Origin: Lingula anatina
Lineage: Eukaryota > Animalia > Brachiopoda
Length of the DNA stretch: 64,000 bases
Assembly: GCA_051362555.1 (NCBI GenBank)
Contig: CM120648.1
Location: 12,582,587 to 12,646,586, forward strand
Direction: 5' to 3'
Both the position numbers and the translations under genes were made by a program. Position 1 is the stretch's first letter. Each line of letters begins with the position of its first letter. Of this stretch, positions 27,352 through 39,700 are shown piece by piece. Below the pieces are notes generated by a model. The model was given only the letters and a program-made list of their open reading frames with translations. It had not been told where the DNA came from and ran no database searches.

Positions 27352-28693
27352 CTATTACACAGAAACACTCATGCTCACTCACATACCAGTACATGCACAA
27401 ACATGCACTCTTTCCCTCTCTCTCTTTCTCACACATACACACACACATAAAGATCTCATGCTGTATAGGTACCAGGACAACCCCATCCACACACCCCTGG
27501 CTGGTTCTTCTATTAGATGACTCTGTTCTGTAGCTTTACTTTGTCTTTAGACTTCCATGGTGGTGTATCTACATAGTCTGGGTGGTGGCTGTGATAACAT
27601 GTAGCTTTACATTGTCTTTAGACTTCCATGGTGGTGTATCTACATAGTCTGGGTGGTGGCTGTGATAACATGTAGCTTTACATTGTCTTTAGACTTCCAT
27701 GGTGGTGTATCTACATAGCCTGGGTGGTGGCTGTGATAACATGTAGCTTTACTTTGTCTTTAGACTTCCATGGTGGTGTATCTACATAGTCTGGGTGGTG
27801 GCTGTGATAACGTGTAGCTTTACTTTGTCTTCAGATTTCCATGGTGGTGTATGTACATACAATGTAGCCTGGGTGGTGGCTGTGATAACTTGTAGCTTTA
27901 CTTTGTCTTTAGACTACCATGGTGGTGTATCTACATAGCCTGGGTGGTGGCAGTGTTAACCTGTCTGGTCTGTTCTTACTACACCATGTTGTACGGACTC
28001 AAGTATGGACACAAGAAAAGTGTGCAGTGGGTGGTTGCCTTCTTTACAGGGTTCTTCCAAAGTGTGTGCATTACACAGCCAATTAAGGTGAGTAGCAGCA
28101 AAAAGGAGGCCATTTTAGATTTATGTTCTTTTTGTATAATTACTAGGCTTTTTTTTTTTTAGTTTAAAAATGTTTAGGCTGTTTTGTTTTAGGGTAAACT
28201 AGCAGTAGGACTCTTCATTTAAAGAAATAAATAGCTTTTTATTTATTTATTTTTTTTATTAGAAATTTAAATTAAAATTTGGTATTAAGTTATGTTGTGA
28301 AACAGGTTACTTGTTTGCATTGATAACCTTTGTATAAAGTGTTAAATGCAGGCAGTTAAAACGGGATTTGCAAATATATCTTTGTTATCTTGTTAACAGA
28401 CAACAAAATAAAAAGTATAATGAAAAAAAAAAACGAAAAAAATGCATTTATACCGACACAATGACAATGTAAGCTGTAAAAACGAACGGAATAAAGAGTA
28501 TGATATAAATTTAGCAGCTTGATTTGGAGCTCAATTAATTACAACAGTCAGTACTTTTTAAACCACTACCAGTCATATTGAGAGAAATTATTTACTGTTA
28601 CTATAAATAATAATAATAATAAGAAGAAGAATATCTATTTAAGAAAATATTTGCATGGCATAAGATTGCTGTGATATTGATACATTTGTTTTC

Positions 28694-28728
<35 letters not shown>

Positions 28729-30713
28729 TTTTGCTATGTCTTATCTAAAATTTTACATTCAGGTCATCCTGATTGCATTGTTGGTGAGTTTGATCCTGAA
28801 GAAATCAGTTGCAGTAAATGAGGGGAAGAAGGATATACCTCACAGTAAGAATATGGTTCATGTACTCATCAGTTACCTGTGTCTTTGAATTAAGAAGTCT
28901 TCCATTTCAATTGTTGCAATCTAAGGAAAGTTGGCTATTTTCCTGTGTAAGTTAAACTAAGTACTTCCTAACTTGTTGCTGAAAATAGAAAAATTAATTT
29001 CAGATTAAAAATTTTTCTAGTTAAAACTGGAGTGAAAAGGAGTGTTAAAGTAATTCCTTTTAATTTTGTTTTACCCCCACAGCTGAAGATGAAAAATACC
29101 TTAAGGATGAAAACATAGCTAATTATCGAAAGAATCTTCAACGAAAGCGTGCTCAGCACATGTACAAGCCTCTTCCAGAGCCCGTGGTAGATCACATGCG
29201 CGGCATACGGATGAAAGAGAGGAAGATGTATCAAATACTGGTGGAGCTGGCGCTCTACGTGGCCTTCACCTTAGCCCTGGTATTTGTGACATATGGCCAC
29301 CGAGACCCTATGGCATTCTATGTGACAAAGTCTACAGAAGATGTGTTTATCACAGTGGAGTATGCAGATGGTCCAGCCTTTGAAGAGGTGAGTTAGACGG
29401 GGCTGGACATTTCAAGGTACTGGCCCCTGTTAAACAAAAAAACTTAAGTCGGTTTCCCTGACTAAGAGCTTGGTTACCAATGTAATTAAGTCGTTACGTC
29501 ACTAAGTTCCATTTCACAAAGAATCTAAAGGTCGCTCACGTCTTTATTTTCTTAGCTGTTAGTCGACGATGTCTAGCCTCCTCGGGAAGAGACTTAAGTC
29601 CGCAAGCTCAACTAAAAGTCGGTAAATTACAGCATAAACAACAAAAATTTGGAAAGAACATACCTCCTTCAATATATATAGTGTTATAATGTCCTTGAAT
29701 AGCACTGACATTTATTGAATATTTAAATAAAAAATAAAATACACCTTCACCCAGCCGATCGCGGGTTTGTTTATGTTTTTGACCGCTAGATGTGTGACAG
29801 CAGTGTTCCAAGACAAGCTAATGTTTTACTGTTGCTTTGAAGTTGCATTGAAGTTAAACTAATCAATAAAGTTCAAAAACAAACTTTGTTTATGTTTAGA
29901 CTGATCTTTATTGTTGATAAACGTTCGTTCTCGGCCGAAAGAGGCCATGAAACGTCATGTCTTGTGAAACTTTAGAATTTTTACACCTCCTTTTCTTGAA
30001 GAGTTTCTCGTGCGCATCGACTACGGTAAGCACGCCAAGCTAAGACGTTAGATTCTTTGTGAAACACTCCAAGTCGACTGCAGGGTAGTCAACCTAGCTA
30101 GGTCACTCAGCTCGAGCTAGTCAACTACGGATAAGATTCTTTGTGAAACGGGGGCCTGATAGAGATTTTTGAATCATTCAGTTGTAAGGAACTGATAGAA
30201 ATTCTTCAAGACCTCCAGTATTTGCATGATGGCAATTCTTGAAAAGCTTCAGTTTCATTGTACTGATAGAGATTACACAGAGCCTTGAGTTTCATGGTAC
30301 TGGTGGCTCTCTATTGCAAAGTTTGTTTGAGAGAATAATTTGATCATTACTGGTACTATAACAGTTGCAATCTGCTGTATAAACTATCACTTACCTGTTA
30401 CATGTATTTTCACTATTCCCCCAGGTCAGTGATGTTGACTCTATGTGGGAGTACCTAGAGGAGACATTTGTACCTTCCCTGTTCACCTCTACCTGGTACA
30501 ATGGTGACAGTGTGACAGAGAGTGACAGCCTGACAGCTGATATGGTATCACTCCATGTAGGGGCAGCCAGACTCCGACAGCTGAGAGTGAAAGGTTAGAT
30601 TTTCATAGTCTCTCTCTACTGAACTACACTGAGTATATTATTACTGTGGAGTTAAAGTAAGTATCTCTCTGTCTCTCTTTCTTTTGTCATACAGATTTTG
30701 TGCATGCAGGCAC

Positions 30714-30756
<43 letters not shown>

Positions 30757-33700
30757 GTATGTTATGACTTTGTGAGAGTATGTACACTATAGCTAATAAG
30801 TCCCCGGTCACTTTAATAGCACACGCTGTCTACATCAGACGCGCTAATGCGCACGTCTCCGACAGTGTTAATGATAGGGGGATTACGATGGACAGCGCAT
30901 GTTGCTCACAGCAGTAGGCACTGCCGCCGAAGTTAAACCGGTAATTAAGTCTTTAACTTGACTAAACATGTTTTGCTTTGTAACTTCCGTCCTTCAGTCT
31001 TGCTGTTGCAGAAGCGCCGGCGGGACATATCTCCACCTTGCCGATATTTATCCCGACTCTCGACTTTAAAAGTATTATTGTGCCACCAGCGTTAGCGCTG
31101 GCGGTACACATGGTTTCGGTCCCGTCCGGATCGTTCCGCCGGCTCCGCTTCTCCTCCTAGACGGTAAGGGCCCCTGTACCCATCTCATGGATTTAGGTCA
31201 CCTATAATCTCAACTCGTTCCACGTAAAATTTGGGCTTTGTCGGTATTGGGGTCTGGGTGTGGCACTCATTACAATGCACCCTTGTCTAAAAATGGCAAA
31301 ATTAAATGCTAATTATCTACCCTACGGAAGGAGTTATGGGAAAAATTTCTATAGACGGCTTTCCAAAAGTCATATGTGTAGATTTCAAATATACCCTTGG
31401 ATTTGACCTTTGACCTTTACTTCAAGGTCAAATGGGTCAAAATTTTCAAAAAAATGAAATTTTTTACGAAAAAATTTCTTTTTTCCCTGTTATTCAGACA
31501 CTACACAGACTTAACCAATAATATTATTGGAAAGTGTTACCCTTCAGGTCATCTTTCATCTCCATTAATTTGGGGTCAATCGGTGCATTTTCACGGGAGT
31601 AGCGGCCATAAGATACCGAAACTGAAAACTGTCTCTAATTCGGGAACCGTTAACGCTAGAGACCCATTCTTTTTTGCATTTTGTAGAGCATGTAAAGCCC
31701 AACACTGGAGGTGGTCTCGGTTTTTTTGTATTCCATACGGTTTTCAAGTTACGCTGTATCAAAAAGTACATATTGGTGGTGAAAGCAAAATGTGCAGTAC
31801 GGTAATGGATAATAAATTTTGAACTCTGGAAAAATAAAACATAAGGCTTGGCAAAGCAGACAACTTGTGGTCAAAAATGACATTATTTCATCAAATTTGA
31901 ACTTCTGAAACTTCAGAGCACCTCCTATTTCAAGAATTTTGACCAAAATGACATTTTCTTTATTTTAATTCATTTTTTCTGTACGAAATTTAAGGCACAT
32001 TATGGTAACTCCAAAATTATAACATTTAGTCCCTTATATCTCCAAAACTGGCAGAGATAGGTCCATAGTTACTATTGAAGTTGAATAGGAAGTCATATAC
32101 TGGCAATCTTACTGTGACCTTGAAATTGACCTTTGACCTACTTTTCACCATGAACTGAACTTTGCAAATTTTGCTTCCCTTTTATCTCCAAAACTGGCAG
32201 AGATAGGTCCATAGTTACTATTGAACTTGAATAGAAAGTCATATACTGGCAATCTAAATGTGACCTTGAAATTGACCTTTGACCTACTTTTCACCATGAA
32301 CTGAACTTTGCAAATTTTGCTTCCCTTTTATCTCCAAAACTGGCAGAGATAGGTCCATAGTTACTATTGAACTTGAATAGGAAGTCATATACTGGCAATC
32401 TAAATGTGATCTTAAAATTGACCTTTGACCTACTTTTCACCATGAACTGAACTTTGCAAATTTTGCTTCCCTTTTATCTCCAAAACTGGCTGAGATAGGT
32501 CCATAGTTAGTATTGAACTTGAATAGAAAGTCATATACTGGCAATCTAAATGTGACCTTAAAATTGACCTTTGACCTACTTTTCACCATAAACTGAACTT
32601 TGCAAATTTTGCTTCTCTTTTATCTCCAAAACTGGCAGAGAAAGGTCCGTAGTTACTATTGAACTTGAATAGGAAGTCATATACCGGCAATCTAAATGTG
32701 ACCTTAAAATTGACCTTAGACCTACTTTTCACCATGAACTGAACTTTGCAAATTTTGCTTCCCTTTTATCTCCAAAACTAGCAGAGATAGGTCCATAGTT
32801 TCTATTGAACTTGAATAGGAAGTCATATACTGGCAATCTAAATGTGACCTTGAAATTGACCTTTGACCTACTTTTCACCATGAACTGAACTTTGCAAATT
32901 TTGCTTCCCTTTTATCTCCAAAACTGGCAGAGATAGGTCCATAGTTACTATTGAAGTTGAATAGGAAGTCATATACTGGCAATCTTAATGTGACATTAAA
33001 ATTGACCTTTGACCTACTTTTCACCATGAACTGAACTTTGCAAATTTTGCTTGACTTTTATCTCCAAAGTTACGCTGTATCAAAAAGGAAATATTGGTGG
33101 TGAAAGCAAAATGTGCAGCACTGTAATGGATAATAAATTTTGAACCCCGGAAAAATAAAACATAAGGCTTGGCAAAGCAGACAACTTGTGGTCAAAAATA
33201 ACATTATTTCATCAAATTTGGACATCTGGAACTTCAGAGCACCTCCCATTTCAAGAATTTTGACCAAAATGACCTTTTCTTTATTTTAATTAATTTTTTT
33301 TGTAGGAAATTTATGGCACATTATGGTAACTCCAAAATTATAACATTAAGTCCCTTATATCTCCAAAACTGGCAGAGATAGGTCCATAGTTGCTATTGAA
33401 CATGAATAGGAAGTCATATACTGGCAATCCGAATGTGACCTTAAAATTGACCTTTGACCTACTTTTCACCATGAACTGAACTTTTCAAATTTTGCTTGAC
33501 TTTTATCTCCAAAGTTACGCTGTATCGAAAAGGAAATATTGGTGGTGAAAGCAAAATGTGCAGCACTGTAATGGATAATAAATTTTGAACCCCGGAAAAA
33601 TAAAACATAAGGCTTGGCAAAGCAGACAACTTGTGGTCAAAAATAACATTATTTCATCAAATTTGAACATCTGGAACTTCAGAGCACCTCCCATTTCAAG

Positions 33701-36700
33701 AATTTTGACCAAAATGACCTTTTCTTTATTTTAATTAATTTTTTTTTTTTGTAGGAAATTTATGGCACATTATGGTAATTCCAAAATTATAACATTAAGT
33801 CCCTTATATCTCCAAAACTGGCAGAGATAGGTCCATAGTTGCTATTGAACATGAATAGGAAGTGATATACTGGCAATCCGAATGTGACCTTAAAATTGAC
33901 CTTTGACCTACTTTTCACCATGAACTGAACTTTGCAAATTTTGCTTCCCTTTTATCTCCAAAGTTATGCTGTATCAAAAAATACATATTGGTGGTGAAAG
34001 CAAAATGTGCAGTACGGTAATGGATAATAAATTTTGAACTGCAGAAAAATAAAACATAAGGCTTGGCAAAGCAGACAACTTGTGGTCAAAAATGACATTA
34101 TTTCATCAAATTTGAACATCTGGAACTTCAGAGCACCTCCCATTTCAAGAATTTTGACCAAAATGACCTTTTCTTTATTTTAATTAATTTCTTCTGTAGG
34201 AAATTTATGGCACATTATGGTAACTCCAAAATTATAACATTTAGTCCCTTATTTCTCCAAAACTGGCAGAGATAGGTCCATAGTTACTATTGAAGTTGAA
34301 TAGGAAGTCATATACTGGCAATCTAAATGTGACCTTAAAATTGACCTTTGACCTACTTTTCACCATGAACTGAACTTTGCAAATTTTGCTTCCCTTTTAT
34401 CTCCAAAACTGGCAGAGATAGGTCCATAGTTACTATTGTAGTTGAATAGGAAGTCATATGCTGGCAATCTACATGTGACCTTAAAATTGACCTTTGACCT
34501 ACTTTTCACCATGAACTGAACTTTGAAAATTTTTCTTCCCTTTTATCTCCAAAACTGGCAGAGATAGGTCCATATGTACTATTGCACTTGAATAGGTAGT
34601 CATGTATTGGCAATCTTAATATGACCTTGAAATTGACCTTTGACCTACTTTCACCATGAACTGAACTTTGCAAATTTTGCTTCCCTTTTATCTCCAAAAC
34701 TGGCAGAGATAGGTCCATAGTTACTATTGAACTTGAATAGAAAGTCATATACTGGCAATCTAAATGTGACCTTGAAATTGACCTTTGACCTACTTTTCAC
34801 CATGAACTGAACTTTGCAAATTTTGCTTCCCTTTTATCTCCAAAACTGGCAGAGATAGGTCCATAGTTACTATTGAACTTGAATAGGAAGTCATATACTG
34901 GCAATCTAAATGTGATCTTAAAATTGACCTTTGACCTACTTTTCACCATGAACTGAACTTTGCAAATTTTGCTTCCCTTTTATCTCCAAAACTGGCTGAG
35001 ATAGGTCCATAGTTAGTATTGAACTTGAATAGAAAGTCATATACTGGCAATCTAAATGTGACCTTAAAATTGACCTTTGACCTACTTTTCACCATAAACT
35101 GAACTTTGCAAATTTTGCTTCTCTTTTATCTCCAAAACTGGCAGAGAAAGGTCCGTAGTTACTATTGAACTTGAATAGGAAGTCATATACCGGCAATCTA
35201 AATGTGACCTTAAAATTGACCTAAGACCTACTTTTCACCATGAACTGAACTTTGCAAATTTTGCTTCCCTTTTATCTCCAAAACTAGCAGAGATAGGTCC
35301 ATAGTTTCTATTGAACTTGAATAGGAAGTCATATACTGGCAATCTAAATGTGACCTTGAAATTGACCTTTGACCTACTTTTCACCATGAACTGAACTTTG
35401 CAAATTTTGCTTCCCTTTTATCTCCAAAACTAGCAGAGATAGGTCCATAGTTACTATTGAAGTTGAATAGTAAGTCATATACTGGCAATCTTAATGTGAC
35501 ATTAAAATTGACCTTTGACCTACTTTTCACCATGAACTGAACTTTGCAAATTTTGCTTGACTTTTATCTCCAAAGTTACGCTGTATCAAAAAGGAAATAT
35601 TGGTGGTGAAAGCAAAATGTGCAGCACTGTAATGGATAATAAATTTTGAACCCCGGAAAAATAAAACATAAGGCTTGGCAAAGCAGACAACTTGTTGTCA
35701 AAAATAACATTATTTCATCAAATTTGAACATCTGGAACTTCAGAGCACCTCCCATTTCAAGAATTTTGACCAAAATGACCTTTTCTTTATTTTAATTAAT
35801 TTTTTTTGTAGGAAATTTATGGCACATTATGGTAACTCCAAAATTATAACATTAAGTCCCTTATATCTCCAAAACTGGCAGAGATAGGTCCATAGTTGCT
35901 ATTGAACATGAATAGGAAGTCATATACTGGCAATCCGAATGTGACCTTAAAATTGACCTTTGACCTACTTTTCACCATGAACTGAACTTTTCAAATTTTG
36001 CTTGACTTTTATCTCCAAAGTTACGCTGTATCAAAAAGGAAATATTGGTGGTGAAAGCAAAATGTGCAGTACGGTAATGGATAATAAATTTTGAACCCCG
36101 GAAAAATAAAACATAAGGCTTGGCAAAGCAGACAACTTGTGGTCAAAAATAACATTATTTCATCAAATTTGAACATCTGGAACTTCAGAGCACCTCCCAT
36201 TTCAAGAATTTTGACCAAAATGACCTTTTCTTTATTTTAATTAATTTTTTTTTTGTAGGAAATTTATGGCACATTATGGTAATTCCAAAATTATAACATT
36301 AAGTCCCTTATATCTCCAAAACTGGCAGAGATAGGTCCATAGTTGCTATTGAACATGAATAGGAAGTGATATACTGGCAATCCGAATGTGACCTTAAAAT
36401 TGACCTTTGACCTACTTTTCACCATGAACTGAACTTTGCAAATTTTGCTTCCCTTTTATCTCCAAAGTTATGCTGTATCAAAAAATACATATTGGTGGTG
36501 AAAGCAAAATGTGCAGTACGGTAATGGATAATAAATTTTGAACTGCAGAAAAATAAAACATAAGGCTTGGCAAAGCAGACAACTTGTGGTCAAAAATGAC
36601 ATTATTTCATCAAATTTGAACATCTGGAACTTCAGAGCACCTCCCATTTCAAGAATTTTGACCAAAATGACCTTTTCTTTATTTTAATTAATTTCTTCTG

Positions 36701-39700
36701 TAGGAAATTTATGGCACATTATGGTAACTCCAAAATTATAACATTTAGTCCCTTATTTCTCCAAAACTGGCAGAGATAGGTCCATAGTTACTATTGAAGT
36801 TGAATAGGAAGTCATATACTGGCAATCTAAATGTGACCTTAAAATTGACCTTTGACCTACTTTTCACCATGAACTGAACTTTGCAAATTTTGCTTCCCTT
36901 TTATCTCCAAAACTGGCAGAGATAGGTCCATAGTTACTATTGTAGTTGAATAGGAAGTCATATGCTGGCAATCTACATGTGACCTTAAAATTGACCTTTG
37001 ACCTACTTTTCACCATGAACTGAACTTTGAAAATTTTTCTTCCCTTTTATCTCCAAAACTGGCAGAGATAGGTCCATAGGTACTATTGAACTTGAATATG
37101 AAGTTACTGTTTCACTTTTTTCTCCCAAATTACAAAGTCTGATGACAACTGAAAGCCTTTAGCCATACCTCAGGGCAGTGGGATTTGATTAAATGTAATA
37201 AAAATATATTTGAAGAATTTTCCTAGCCTTCAGCAATTTCCGCAAAGCTTCGGCATGCGTGGCAATACAGAGCTGTCGATATCTGTTTGCGTGAACAAGA
37301 GAATTGGTGGAACAACGGTTAACGTCGTTGAGTCGTCTGCAACCTACCCGACGGGAGTTCGTGTCCCTGTCGGTACTTTTGAAGATTTTGAAATTGTCGT
37401 TATTATAAATATCTATTAATATATAAAACAGTCGTGGCTAATTGTTTTTGCAACGGAAAGCACAGTAGGAAGGTTTGTTGTTATTGTTAAAGTTATTATT
37501 ACTGGGGACATAAATTAGTATGCTAATCTCTTATCATGGTATAATGATTGATACGATGGGTATCAAATAGTTTTCCTTTGATATAAACAACAAAAGAGCG
37601 GCCTTCCAAATATCTTTGCTGAATGTTTATAACGTAGGTACTATTTTGCGCAAAAATATTGATACATGACGCAAACGACATTTACTAATTTTGGTAATAT
37701 CAATTTTAATTAAAATTAAATTTAATTGAAATTAAAATTAAAATTTATCTAAACGTGCATATTACCATTCACCTTGTTTAAAGGGTTCGCAACACTTTAC
37801 ATTCTAATACATTTTGCCAATTTTCATGTTTGCTAGTTTATTTTGATTTGAGAGAAAGCGAGAGAAGACCCTCTACTAGGGCCGCAAATTAATTATGAGT
37901 ATTTTTCTTCAGTGCAAGAGACTGTGTAATGAAAAATCAATCTGTAACTCTGGTATAGGGTGGCCTTGTGTGTGTAATAATATACAAGTAGGGGCAGGGG
38001 TACAGTTTTATAGTACAAATAGTCATTTTATACATCTTATTGATCTCATCGTCGGGTCATTGTTTACAATAGCGCTTTGTCGCTGTGCGTACCTTTTTGC
38101 ATTTGAGTTAGACTCAGTCAGTAACAGCTGGTGATTTTGTCTTTTTTGCGTTTCATTGACAATATTTTGGCCACCTAAGTAGGGAAATGTGGCTCTTTGT
38201 TTTGAAATGACATTTCCATTGTTCCTTTGAACATGCAAAAGTCAACACACTTACGTCAACATACTTACTTTGTAATACCAACCCAGGGGAAGAAACAAAG
38301 CCTCATAAGGTGTCGTCATTCACACTGTAAAAGGTGTTAATATCATGCTTCTATTGTTTGCCCATGAATCATTATGACAAATTTGTAGGGTTGCCAGATC
38401 ACTGGGGCTTCATTCAATTCTCTATATCTGCCCTGCAGCCTGGGATGAGTGATACTTGACTGACCTTTGTTTACATCTGGAGATTTTCTTTATAATTCGA
38501 TCAGTGTGCATAAATTATGATATTTTCCATCAGGAAAAATACGTGATAATGTTACGATTCTTATTTTACAGATACATAATTACAAAAATTAATTCCTGAT
38601 TTAATACCCCCTATTTCAGCGCCTATTCCTGGCTGCGTTAATTATGGGGGGTTGGAAAGTAATCCGTTGGAACGCAGGAGTGATGATTGCTACTCTTACC
38701 AACGGTGCATCACCGATCAACTAATCTCAGCCAGCTGAAGCAGAATCACCAACAAAAGACAAATTGGACTACATCTGCCTTCTTGTTGAGACATCTTACG
38801 TAAAAAAGGCGATAACGGTCAAAACATACGTGCTTCGTGGTTTATTAAATGTTCATCGTGTTTTTTCGTTCGTTATTCTTATGAGTTAAGCAGCTTCACC
38901 TCCGTGACACCCTTTTTATTTATTTAAACCATTGTTAGATAAACCATGGGTTTCACTCCAGATTTCACGATCGAGCAGCTGATCATGAGGAGAGTGTAGC
39001 ATGCTAAAGTAAACTACCCCAAATATATATACAACACCTCCAGGGTTTCACGATCGAGCAAGTGATCATGAGGAGAGAGTGTAGCAAAGAACTTCATTAA
39101 TGGTCGTCATAATTGGTGGTTGCCTTGGGAAAATGAGTTACATGATTACATAATACAGATACATAATAACATAAGATTAATACTAAAATTTTCCCTGATA
39201 CAAAAACCCCTATTTGAGCGCTTATTCCTGACTCATTAATTACGGGTGATTAGAAAGTAATCTATGAGGACGCAGGAGCGATGATCGCTGCTCTTACCAA
39301 CGGTAAATCACCGATTTACTTGACTCTGCTACTTCGAGCAAAATCACACACCACCAAAAGACAAATTAGACCACGTTCGTCCTCTTATTAAAACAAAGAA
39401 TGTAAAAATGTGATGTCGGTCAAAGAAGAGGCCTAGACTACGTGCTTCATGGTTTATTAGATAGGCCTATTCATTGGATTTTTTTTTTTATTTCATTATT
39501 ATAGCTTCACCTCGCGAGACCCTTTTTTATATATTTAAAACACAGCACCCCACTGGTTTCGTGATCATGAAGAAAGGGAGTGTAGCAAAGAACCTCATTA
39601 ATGGTCGTAATAATAGGTGGTTGCATTGTAGGCCTAACCTTGTTCATTTTAGTCGACAGACTAAGCTAGAAGAAAGAAAAGATCATTATCGCCTCTCTTT

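Noticed and set aside
20670-36665. Repeated 65-aa 'MVKILEMGGALKF' ORFs suggesting a small-peptide gene family
   Set aside because: Non-ATG starts inside copies of the non-coding HINE-A element and satellite.
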